From assembly GCF_006345805.1 (NCBI RefSeq), contig NC_043008.1, positions 31,558,001 through 31,622,000 on the forward strand: a DNA stretch of 64,000 nt, given 5' to 3'. Shown piece after piece: positions 51,738 to 64,000 of the stretch. The position numbers were made by a program, and so were the translations under genes. The stretch's first letter is position 1. Every line of letters begins with the position of its first letter. This stretch comes from Octopus sinensis. Taxonomy: Eukaryota. The notes below the pieces were generated by a model. The model was not told the origin of the DNA, did no database searches, and worked only from the letters and a program-made list of their open reading frames with translations.

Positions 51738-52857
51738 GATACGGTGAACAGGTGTGGTCGCCGTTTGTGAGGCACGCATTCCCGCAACTCGTCTCCATGA
51801 CCGAACTGCAGTCGTGGATCAAAAAGAGGCCGAGGAAGAGCGAATGGCACCGCGAGTGTCGCCTTGCTCTCAAGCAACTCTGCCGTCCCGGGTCGACCTT
51901 GAGTGACTTCAACACAACCAAAGCATTCTATAGGGGATTAGTACGACGACGATCTCGGGGCAAACCTGGGCGTCGACGAGGAATACCTGACCCGCCTGTT
52001 TCAAACGACTTTCGGCCCGGGACCTATGGACAACTTCCAGAGATCCCTGGCCTGGCGGTGCTACCGAGAAGCGCTACCCGTTCGGGATAAGCTCTATAGG
52101 CATGGCTCGAGAAACACGGGGCCGACCCGCCAGAGATGCGGGCAGAGCGACGAAACCGCTCTGCACACAATCGTGCAGTGTCCAGCAATTTCCGACCTGT
52201 GGGCTTATGTCGAACGACTGCTGTCACGTGTGGGACGTGTCGGTTTATCAGCCGAGTCTATCGTTAATATCGTCACGTCTCCTTCCTTCAAACGGGAAGG
52301 AAGAGCTATTTTTATTATACTTGTGGCTATGGCGAAAGAATGTATCTGGTGGACGCGCCTGAAAGGATTAGAGACAAACACTTTCCTCTCTGGTCAATCT
52401 CTCATCAACTTCTTCAAGTATCACTTGAAGAGGAAAGTGAGAGTAGAGAGGTAAGTTTTGTCTAGTGAATGATTTAAAAAAAGATGGGTGAATGTAGCAA
52501 GGATGGCACGTATGGATGACGAAGCCACCTTGACTATGATCCTATGAACCGTAAAAATTAATACAGAGAGTTGCTTATTTGCAAAAAAAAAAAAAAATAT
52601 ATAACATGTGACTTCATTGACCGAGGTTATCGTGGTCTTTTCCGTAGGCTTTTCTTTCCACGGGTAAACCTCACCTGTCCTCCCCTTTACACTTCATATT
52701 GACATTTCTGTGATTACGATCCCTATATATCAACTTTTTTTTTCCTCTCCCCTTTTCTTTTTTTCCCTCCCCCCCCCTTTTTTTACCCCCAAAAGAAAAG
52801 CTCTACCTTGTAATTTGTTCTGTCTGTGTGCAGCCCTGTGTGGCTAATAAAGAAACA
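51738..52857 (+). mobile_element. 5'-truncated Tx1/L1-clade LINE (ORF2 C-terminus + 3' UTR) within (TATC)n
   Basis: GC-richer block. ORF 52026-52454 has a zf-RVT-like motif (AWRCYREALPVRDKL...RCGQSDETALHTIVQCP...LW) and AKECIWWTR; pyrimidine-rich UTR; AATAAA at 52846; (TATC)n on both flanks. Confidence 0.85.
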
Positions 52858-52898
52858 TATCTATCTATCTATCTATCTATTTATCTATCTATCTATCT

Positions 52899-53291
52899 TA
52901 TTTTTTTATTGCCCACAAAAGAGGGGACAGACAAAAGGATTAAGTCGATTACATTGACCCCAGTGTGTAACTGGTACTTATTTAATCGACCCCGAAAGGA
53001 TGAAAGATAAAGTCGACCTCGACGGAATTTGAACTCAACATAAAGACAGACGAAATACCTATTTCTTTTACTACCCACAAGGGGCTAAACACAGAGGAGA
53101 CAAACAAGGACAGACAAACGGATTAAGTCGATTATATCGACCCAGTGCGAAACTGGTAATTAATTTAACGACCCCGAAAGTATGAAAGGCAAAGTCGACC
53201 TCGGCGGAATTTGAACTCAGAACGTAACGGCAGACGAAATACCGCAAAGCCTTTCGCCCGACGTGCTAACTTTCTGCCAGCTCGCCGCCTT
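52899..53291 (-). mobile_element. Family B SINE head-to-tail dimer
   Basis: Same junction gacgaaatacc|tatttcttt at 53059; flanked by ctatctatct repeats. Confidence 0.85.
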
Positions 53292-53329
53292 CCTATCTAT
53301 CTATCTATCTGCCGAGCTATGTCTGTCTG

Positions 53330-53390
53330 AGACAGACAAACAGACAGACAGACAAATAGACAGGCTGATAGACAGACAGACAGATAGTTT

Positions 53391-53441
<51 letters not shown>

Positions 53442-53442
53442 C

Positions 53443-53475
<33 letters not shown>

Positions 53476-53478
53476 TTT

Positions 53479-53526
<48 letters not shown>

Positions 53527-53527
53527 C

Positions 53528-53611
<84 letters not shown>
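53330..53611. repeat. (GACA)n(GATA)n microsatellite
   Basis: Direct reading. Confidence 0.97.
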
Positions 53612-54517
53612 TTAAGTACTGGAATCGATTTCATCGACTAAACCCTTGAAGGTAGTGCTACAGTATGGCCGCTGCAAATGACTGAATCAAGTTAAAAAGG
53701 AAAGGAATAAACAAATATTTGAGTAGAAGAAACTCATGTCTTACACTTCCCAAGACCCTCACTAATTAGTATAGAGTTTCTACAGCATTAGATTATATTT
53801 TTAAACATCCGAAGTGCGCCCAGAAACCTTTTGCAGTACACTAGACAACCGCGGTGCACTGTTTATGAACTAATACTTAGGGTGTGGCTCGGAATGGAGG
53901 GTGGTGGAATTTGGCTACTATTACTAACAAGTTGAACCCCACAATGTGGCTCCCTGGCTGGCTTTTAACAATACTGATTTCTTATTTATGCGCGAAGTTT
54001 ACGGTTCTTGACGTTCTGAGTTCAAATGCCACCGAGGTCTACTTAGCCTTTCATCCTTTGGAGATCGATTAAATAAGTATCAGAGAAGGACTGGAGTCGA
54101 TGGAATCGTTCCTCAGTTTTTATAACTGCTTGATTTGTATTGAATTTAGAAAAAAAATTGAGCACAAGGCCACAGGTATTTCCTAAGGTGCAGTCGATTT
54201 AACTGGTACATATGGAAGTGCAACATAGAATTGAAAAGAATAAATATTTGATACAGGCACACACACACACACAGAGGGAGTGAGACACGATACAAGGAAA
54301 AGAGAGACAGACAGACAGACAGAAAGAGAGAGAGGAAAAGGAAAAACAAAAGTAAAATGGAAACTGACGTTCCACACTTCCACGTATCGTATCGTTTACA
54401 TGATTATGTTTATTAGCGCACTTCATGGATGTGTAGCGATCATTCGGGCCTACGCACACAGTTGAGAAATACAGAGTGGCAACGGGTAGATCGTCACCTC
54501 CGTAAGTTTGTGCGGGC

Positions 54518-54606
<89 letters not shown>

Positions 54607-54748
54607 TGTATGTATGTATTTAATAGAATACATGGTGTGTTAAGCGCGACATATAACCAAAGTTCGGGATCAGTTGTACGTCTTACACTCCACTACTATA
54701 TTTAGTGAAGTTTGACGCAGGGCATCAAACTACGAAATGCATACACAC

Positions 54749-54839
<91 letters not shown>

Positions 54840-57643
54840 TAAATATTTAGCAATTTAGCAGAAGCAACAGAATGACCCAAGGGACGAGTGTTGCGTGCGT
54901 TAGCATTTATCTAAATACTGGTTTCAAATTTTGGGCACAAAACCAGCAATTTTGTAGGAGGGGCTAACTCAACTGAATCGACTTCAGTGCTCAAATGGTA
55001 CATATTGCATCGAACCCAAAGGGGATGAAACCGACCCCAGCGGTGTTTGGACTCAACGTAAAAACGGATAAAATGTTCCCTGATAACTTTCAGAAAAATG
55101 CGGTGAGTGGGCAAAATCATCAGTACACTGCACTAAATACGTAGCAGTATTTCGTCGGTCTTGATGTTCTCAGTTCAAATTCTGCCGAGCTCGACTTTGC
55201 CTTGCATCCTTTCGGAGTCGATGAAGTAAGGACCAGTTAAGCATTGGTTCAATGTAATCTACTCACCCCCGTCCCCAAAATTTCAGGCCTTGTACCTATA
55301 ACAGAAAGGCTTCTTATGATTCTTTCTAATTTCAGCACAAAGCCAGCAATTTTGAGGGAAGTGGGCAACTCGATTATATTCATTAACACTTGTTTGATTG
55401 ACACTTTATTTTATCAACCTCGAAAGTAGGAAAGGCATATTTAGAACTCGGAATGTAAATAGCATGTTCTACACATAATAGTAGTATTCAAATATTTCTT
55501 TCTAATTTTGAAGTGAAGCCGATTACATCCACCCAGTACGAGATTGGTACTTTAATATAACAATCCCGAAAGGATGAAATCTAAAGTCGACTTGGTGGCA
55601 TTTGAACTCAGAACTTAACGAGCCGAAAGGAATACCGCCAGATCATCGCTTTATACATGTAGTCGTACAAAATTTTCAAATATCGGTTTAAAATTTTTGG
55701 CACAAGGACAGTAATTTCAAAGAAGGATGTAAGTCGGTTACATCGACCCCAGCATTCGACTGGTACTTCTTTTATCGATCCCGAAAGGATGAAAAACAAA
55801 GTGGATCTCGGGGAAATTTAAACTCAGAACGTAAGGACGGACGAAATACTTAGCAGCATTTCATCCGGTGTGCTAACGATTCTGCCAGCTCACTGCTTTT
55901 AATGATTTCAAATTTTGGCACAAGGATAGCAGTTTCGAAGCAGGGGTTAGGTCGATTACATCGACCCCAGTATTCAACTGGTACTTATTTCATTGATCCC
56001 GAAAGAATGAAAGGCAAAGTCGTCCCCGGTGAGTGTGAACTTACACTGTAAGGACGGACGGAAAAAATATTCAAATTGCTAACTTTTTGTTTAATTTTTT
56101 TTTTTTTTTTGCCTTATAACCTATTCATTTTTCTTTGATTAGTGTATTTCCCTTTTTCTATCAATTTTCAGCATACGCCTGAAATTTAAGGAGTGATGCG
56201 GTTCCCGTTTTTAAGTTAGATAATTCTATTGAAAGTTTAAAAATAAACGCATCACTCCTGAAATTCCATATCATATACATCCTTGAATCAAAAGTTGACG
56301 CCGGAAAACAAATGTGGCGTATGTGTTTCGTTTAAGACTGCTTCAATACGCTTTTGATAAAAGTGAACAGAGGTAGTCTGTGGATGCAAATATATTTGTG
56401 TATACATGTGTGCGTGTGTGTGTGTGTGTGTATGTAGCTGTATGCACATGTTGTGCCTTTCGTGCGTGTGACACTGTTGGTGTATATGTGTGAGTATATT
56501 ACAAATATACACGAATGTTTCATAGAGTCATACATGTATTTTTTACACCATACGTGTAAAATATACAAACTCCAGAGGTAAACCATCTCACTCAATCAAT
56601 CATGGTGACAGCTAACTATGACGAGAAAGAAAAGAAATGATTATAAAAAAATGAGCATTAGACGCAGGCGTGGCTATGTGATAAGGAATTTGTTTTCCAG
56701 CCACATGGTTCCACAGTTGAGACCCACAACATGGCACTAGAGGTGCCTTCTGTTATAGACCCCGGGACCGACCAAAGCCTTGTGAGTGGATTTGGTAGAC
56801 GAAAACTGAAAAAGCCCGTCATATACGTACATACATACATACATACATACATACATACATACATGCTTACATATTGAGTGAGAGAGCAGCTCACATCATC
56901 AAAGTGACGCTGGAGTACAAATATACGAAGCCCAATACACCCATCATGACTACCCGTCTGATAAGTGTACGCCAGGCACATGCATTACAACCGTATGTGC
57001 ATGACATGGTGACATTATTTCAAGATAAAAAGCGCATGACCTTAGTGGTGGGACTCAGTTAGAATTTCCTTCACATCAAGTACCCCATCCCACTCAAAAG
57101 GCCCCTGATAACGGTTGTTTCAGAATGATAAACGAAACAATGATGTTTTCCAGGGACAAATTATTCAACCTCCGCAAAATACTGCTGAACACATGGTTAT
57201 AATGCACACCCTCTACTCCTGCTCGTGATCAGAGACACACATATCGTCAAGCACTGAGAGACGTGCTCAACTGGGCAAGGTCAAGCAAATCTGTGGTATC
57301 GATCAGAATATTTGCTGCAGTCCATCTTTCATACCAAGAAAAAAACATGTACATGATAACACTTTCTATCAGTTAAGATCAGAAGCCATGAGAGCCAGCG
57401 TATATATATGCATGTCTCTATGTTTATGTTTGTCCATCCCCACTCAATACCAGTATGAGTTTGTTTACGTCCCCGTAACTTAACGGTTCACCAGAAGAGA
57501 CCCGTAGGATAAGTACCAGCCTTTTAAAAATAAGTACTGGGGTTGATTCGTTCGATTAAATTCCTTCAAGGTAGTTTCTCAGAATGGCTGCCATTGAAAG
57601 AATGAAACAAGTACAATACAAAAGATAAAAATATGAAAGCAAA

Positions 57644-60040
57644 TATACAGGAAGTTCTTTTTATGGTCTTTAATCGATTAAAGACCATAAAAAGGACTTC
57701 CTGTATAATCTTAAATGTAGGCTTATTAACCCAGCTAAATCAGAACTTGTAAAGATATTTTAGGAAAAATCAATAAAAAAGTCAGGAATGCCACTAGGTT
57801 AGTACAATGGTTCAATAGTATAGAAGTCGTTGACTGATTTAAAGCCATTAAGAATAAGAATAAAGCGAGTTTCACGCAATTCGATATTGTCGATTTTTAT
57901 ATCTCTATCTCTAAGGAACTGCTAAATCAAGCCCTCACCTTCACAAGCGAATTCATAGAAATCAGTACACAGGTTAAGGACTAATCTTCCATGCTAGAAA
58001 GACTTTACTCTTCAGCGAGAACGCAGAGTGGGTCAAGACTACCAATACAGAGGGTACTTTCGATGTGAGCATGGGGTCATATAATGGAGCAGGTATATGC
58101 GATCTGATAGGACTATTCCTACTCGATACGTTGGGCAAGACTTTTCCTGATGTATACTTCGCCATTTATAAAGATGATGCCCTCGCCTTAACCGCAAATA
58201 CCAATGGGCCAGCACAGGATCGGTTTAGGAAGGAAATTATCCATTTGATGAAAACTTTCGGTCTTAGCATAACTACAGACACCAGCCTGACGGTTGTCAA
58301 TTTCCTAGGTGTATCCTTAGATCTAAATAAGAACATTTATAAACCTTCTAGAAAGCTCAACGATAGACTTAATTATATTAATGTGGGCGCCTGCCATCCC
58401 CACCCCCATAGTGTTTAAAAATTTAGTTAAAACATTAGCAAAAGAATTTCTAGCCTCTCCTCCGATAGGGACATCTTAATAGCGTTGCCCCAGTCTATAA
58501 TAAGGCTCTAAAAGATAGTGGTTTTAGCGAGGATATAACCCATACACCTGTCACCAGTCTAATAATAAAGAAGAGGAAACATAGGAAAAGGAAAACTATC
58601 TGGTTCACACACCCTACTCACCCGAAGTGACCTTCAATATAGGCAAGTATTTCTTAGCACTGATAGACAGACATTTTCCAGTCAACCATAGTTACAGAAA
58701 GCTCTTCAATAAACATAACTTAAAAATCAGTTTCAGCTCAACTACTAATTTTTAAAATATAATCGCACACAACACACAAAAACCACAATGTGAAACCGGA
58801 TGTTCATGCAGGGATAAAACTTTGTGCCCACTAAATGGAGCTTGCATGTCCGAGACCATCATTTATGAAGCCACCATGGACTCTATATCCACCAAGGACA
58901 CGGTTTCGACGAAGAAATACGTGGGCCTTACAGAAGGTAATTTCAAGGCCAGGTTCAATAATCTCACCTTAAGCTTCAGGCACTGGGATAAAAGGAAAAT
59001 GACCAAATTATCCAGTCATATATGGTCCTTAAAAGATAAAGGTATCAGTTACAACATCCATTGGAGGATCTTAACCAAGTGTAAGCTCTTCACCAATGGC
59101 AGTGGAAAGTGCGGTCTTTGTGATATGAAAAGATGACACATCTGGAAAAGCAGCATAGGCCCCGCCATATGTCTAAATTCAAGAACTGAACTTTTCGGGT
59201 CCTGTCCACATGGGGCTAAATATTTGTTACATTTTTCGTCTCCCCGAGATTACAGATAGGACTTGCTTTTTATATTGTATCCACGTACAAACTTTTTATC
59301 TCTCTATACTTTTTATTTATATTTCTTATATATTTTTATAGATTTTTTATATATTTTTTTTACATATTTATAGAAATATTGTTTTATAGGTTTATTGCTC
59401 ATATATTTTTTACATATATTTTTTCTGTATTCTACTTTCCACCCTGCATTTTTCCTGTGCGTATAGAGACGTGTATATGGAATCTTTTGTGCGCGCGTGT
59501 GGATGTGTGCGTGTGTGCGGGTATGTGCGTATATAGACGTGTTTTACTCTTATTGCTTATTTTTACACTTCTTTACACATTGTTCTATATTTTGCCTTTA
59601 GCCCTGTTTTTTTCTTGTGCATGTGCGTATATAGACGTGTGTATGAACCTTTTTTGTGTGCGTGTGTGTGTGTGCGAGCGTGTACGCGGATATGTATATA
59701 TTTTTTGGCGAATGTGTGGGGTGGACATGTTTGCGTTTCAAGTGAGGGTGGATGAATATATAATTATAGGCGTATGCACGCGGGTGTGCGGTCGCGCATG
59801 TGTGTGTATGGACATGCGCGCTAACGCGAATACTATGAGCATTTTTACTCCCTTACCTTTACTCCCTCTCCTCACTTAGCGGTCATTCTAATAGCCCTTT
59901 TGTCTTAATAACGGTGAATCACGCAGTAATTTCCCTTTGTTTAATGGTCATTTTCATAGCATTTTTTCGATGACCCGATAACTGAAGAGATGGCGGGTTT
60001 CCGCCCCGACATCCGAAACTCGGAGTTTTATCATGGCCAC
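57644..60040 (+). mobile_element. Decayed Penelope-like element (RT + C-terminal GIY-YIG endonuclease)
   Basis: RT motifs KDHK...CRLINPAKSEL, FTQFDIVDFY, FDVSMGSYNGAGICDLIG, IYKDDAL and VNFLGVSLDL. The GIY-YIG region is CPLNGAC...IIYEAT...KYVGLTEGNFKARF...LSSHIWSLK (58822-59136). Several stops and frameshifts; hammerhead at the 3' end. Confidence 0.92.
59977..60032 (+). ncRNA. Type I hammerhead ribozyme motif at the 3' end of the Penelope-like element
   Basis: Stem I GATAA/TTATC, core CTGAAGA, stem II GATG/CATC (+1 C), GAAA, short near-palindromic stem III ACTCGGAGT, GUU cleavage triplet. Confidence 0.75.
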
Positions 60041-60065
60041 CGACTAATTGTCACACATTATATTT

Positions 60066-60583
<518 letters not shown>

Positions 60584-60732
60584 TAAGAATATATATATAT
60601 ACATAACTTACAAAATAAGAGCAAAAGAAAAATTCTAATGCCAAATATGCCGAAAAAAGACAAAATTGTCAATAACCATTATAATTTATGCGTCTTGAAA
60701 TAAACCGGTAGAAATTTCTAAAAAATCCGTTA

Positions 60733-60793
60733 TTACCGTATTGGTCCCAATTTCGGGGTTAATTCATAAGAATTTTCCCCTCTTCAGCGATAA
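60733..60793 (-). ncRNA. Type I hammerhead ribozyme motif, apparently intact
   Basis: Minus strand: TTATCG CTGAAGA GGGG-aa-AATTC-ttat-GAATT-aa-CCCC GAAA TTGG-ga-CCAA TA CGGTAA; all three stems pair; AUA triplet. Confidence 0.82.
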
Positions 60794-61029
60794 ATACGTA
60801 AGACATAAATGGAATACTTACTCATACTCATGGAAAAGGGAAGTACTAAGTCCTGAGCAGACTTAAGTACCCCAAATATATCCAAAATAGAAAATCTTCG
60901 GCACATCTCGAGACACGTGTGATTCGATCTAGAAACTTTCACAGAGTGAGAGAATCCGGAAGTGAACACTATTAAATTTACAACTAATTTTATCCTACAT
61001 TAGTTTTATATATATATATATATATATGT

Positions 61030-61488
61030 TCCGCGCACACATCTTCGTAAATAGAAAGATTATCTCTATTCAACAAAGATTACTTTATGGGGATTTTGAG
61101 GGAGTTCAGGAGATTTCGTCGCAGAAAGCCGGACCACTTGCACCAGGACAATGTACCAGTCCCAAATTCAATCCTGATAACCATCTACGTGACAGTGATG
61201 GACATCAAAACTGCACCTCAGCTTCCCTACAGTCCAGACCTTCATTCCTATGATTTTTGGTTTTCCCCAAACTGTAAGGAAAGATGAGTGAGATTGTCAC
61301 AAGGGATTTGCATACCTTCACTTTAGAGGACCTCCTTGGGAGCATTCACGAAGTGTCTGAAGTGCTACAAAAAGTGCACTGAAGACAGAAGACCCTACTT
61401 TGTAGCGAAAGAGGTTAGAGTTTGTACTTCGTTGAAATTAATACGTCTCTCCTGAAAAAGTTTCAAAATTTCCGGAATGCATCCTCTA
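61030..61488 (+). mobile_element. Mariner 3' remnant
   Basis: ORF 61087-61287 contains HLHQDNVP and LPYSPDLHSYDFWF. Confidence 0.8.
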
Positions 61489-61505
61489 TAGCTCTCTCAC
61501 TCACT

Positions 61506-61536
<31 letters not shown>

Positions 61537-62009
61537 TGGGCACACTATCATGAAGTAGTGAGTTCGATTCCCGAACCAAGCTGCATGTTGTGTTCTTGAG
61601 CAAGACACTTATTTCACGTTGCTCCAGTTCACTTATAGGAATGAGTTGCGATGTCACTGATGCCAAGCTGTATCGGCGATTCCCTCTCCCTTGGATAATA
61701 TCAGTGGTGTAGAGAGCGGAGGCTGGTATGCGTGGGCGACTGCTGGTCTCCCATAAACAACCTTGGTCGGACTTGTGCCTCGGAAGGGGTGCAACCCCAT
61801 GGTCATTCATGACCGAAGGGGATCTTTATCTTTTATATATGTGTGTGTGTGTATTCTCTCTCTCTCTCATATATATATATATATGAGAGAGTGAGGGAGA
61901 GAGAGAGAGAGAGAGGAATAAGCGCGTGTGTGAGCGAAAGACTATATAGAAATATCTTTTGACCTGGCCACACGTTTTTCTACTGCATTTAAAGTAAGTT
62001 GTGTGGTGT

Positions 62010-62089
<80 letters not shown>

Positions 62090-64000
62090 CTTGTGTGTGG
62101 GAGGGATGGTTTGTTCATTTCATAATTTCTCTTTTCAATTCCATTTTTTTCCCTTTCACTTTGATTAATAACGGTTGTCTTAATAACTTTTAAAATGTCA
62201 TTGTGATACATTAGTTTTAATACACGTCCACTTGCGCCAGCTGCTGCAGTCTAAGAAGGTCAAGTAAGTATGCAAGTTTGAAACTCATCCTTTGCCCACT
62301 GTGTTTATGTGCATCTAAGGCTATTTACGATGTCTCATATAGGCTTGTAATATATGCTTGTTGTCTTTATCAACTTGTCCGTTGTTATATTATATATCTA
62401 AGACTACATATGCATGCTCTATTATATTTTGTGTACAGTATGCATTACAGGACCTTATTCCTCTTGTGTATTCTTAATTCTTTCCACTGGTTCCACTCAG
62501 TTCCCAGCAGCCATATTAAGGCATCATCTTCATCATCATCATTGTTCGACCGTGGTCGAGACAATGGAATTTACCATGCTACGCCAGACTTCACGGTCCA
62601 TCATATTGACCAAGGATTTTTCATCGAATGGATAAGTTTATTGAATGTATAAATTATGGTTTTTGTCATAAAGGGATACGATTGGAGGTGGCTTACACTG
62701 GAAAACATAAATGCTCACACACACACACACACACACACAAACAAACAAGCAAACACAAACAAGCAAGAAACACAAACGCAACAGGTTTTGCTCCGTTTTT
62801 ACCAACCTAATTCCACTTACAAGCTGTTGATAAACTGCAGTAGAAAGTAATTCCCCAAGGCGCTGGGCTTTGAGATCGAACACGGAATCATGTCCTTATA
62901 AAGCGAATTTTTATAACTTCATTGTCGGACATACTTCTTTTTTTAAATTTATGGATTTATCAGAGTACCATTTTGGAGGATTTCTTAAACAAATGAGAAG
63001 ATATCCTCCGACCGGAGAGATGCCCTGATTGCTTACTTGCTTACAATCAGGATTCTCTTATTGACATTCAAAAACCAGGGACAAATGTTAAACAGGGCGA
63101 TGGAGTAAGCCTTTGTTTATGGTTCAAATGGTCTTCTTGGATCAATTTTTGATAAATAGCATTTTGTATCTGCCATATAAAAAGAAGACTATGTAAACAT
63201 GTGTACTTAAAAAAGAATCGTTTTACACGCATTTTCTTATTTACTGAAGAATTAATTCTGCATTATCTGCCTTATTAATACAGAGTGGAGACTGACAGAG
63301 ATATCTTACGGGTAATATATCCTACGGCATTTGGATCCATTTACTTTCAAGGTCGACTTGGCTTTACCACTTTCTGAGATCAATAGAGTATCGTCAACAA
63401 CTACTGGGTCGCTTTAATAGATAATATCTCACCTCCTAAAGACTGACTTTAGAACTGTTAGATCTTATAAATAAGTCTCTGTGGATGTGTGTGGATGAGT
63501 GTGGATGTGAGTGTGTGTATGTGTGCTTGCTTGTATGTGTGTGTGTGTGTGATCTCTTCACAAGTGAATAGTTGAAAACTGGGAGTTCAAACTTCGTCTC
63601 GAAACGTAACTCGAATCGACAAACAATAAAGAAAGAAAAAAAGACTGAAGACAATATGCAGTTTAATTTTTAAGTAAACCACCAAAAAAATACGAAAGAA
63701 ACATACGAAGTAGTTCATTCAGATCGATATATCAATAAGTTATATAAATATCAACTCCAATTCGATTTTACTAAAAACAGCAGAAAAGAAACTTTGTATG
63801 AATCACATTGTTATGTCAATTTATTGCGTAACAGTGACGTAATAATTTCTTGGAATTCTCACAGATTTTAAACAAGCAGGAGACGGTGTTTGATGCCTTG
63901 AGAAGAATCTCATACAAGTTTATTTTTGGGACAATTGACGTAAGTATAAAAAACGATTTTTCTTCTTCAGCTTTCTAATTTTTCAAAAACACCCAACCAA

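Noticed and set aside
54915-56060. Regularly recurring similar motifs resembling a CRISPR-like array
   Set aside because: Cluster of degenerate family B SINE copies in both orientations; eukaryotic context; no constant repeat-spacer period.
57835-59136. In-frame TGA codons in the PLE as selenocysteine (as in some Naiad PLEs)
   Set aside because: The copy also has frameshifts and TAA stops, and the TGA at ~57835 falls where Trp would fit (EVVD*F); simple decay is sufficient.
59379-59879. 166-aa hydrophobic ORF
   Set aside because: T-rich/GT-rich low-complexity 3' region of the PLE.

Overview
AT-rich, microsatellite-dense eukaryotic DNA. The tRNA-derived SINE families look like those of octopus/cephalopods (my recognition, not a database result). 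There is one convincing protein-coding gene: an uninterrupted 588-aa ORF (32399-34165, +) encoding a PI-PLC X-domain (PLCXD/bacterial PI-PLC-like) enzyme. It has a predicted signal peptide and, unusually, two hydrophobic helices inserted before the last barrel strand. The rest is mostly transposon debris: dozens of SINEs of at least three families, decayed mariner/Tc1/maT elements and MITEs, an internally deleted Helitron, a Penelope-like element (RT + GIY-YIG) with a hammerhead ribozyme, and Tx1/L1-like LINE 3' ends. The most interesting signals are (i) the putative membrane-tethered ecto-PI-PLC, (ii) a tRNA-head + hammerhead ribozyme mini-element and several other hammerhead motifs, (iii) two Tx1-like 3' ends each embedded in (TATC)n, (iv) a SINE dimer junction repeated exactly at two loci, and (v) long palindromes with a shared core. 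Almost all other ORFs in the track are microsatellite or repeat artefacts. Coordinates were counted by eye, and the ends of decayed repeats are approximate.
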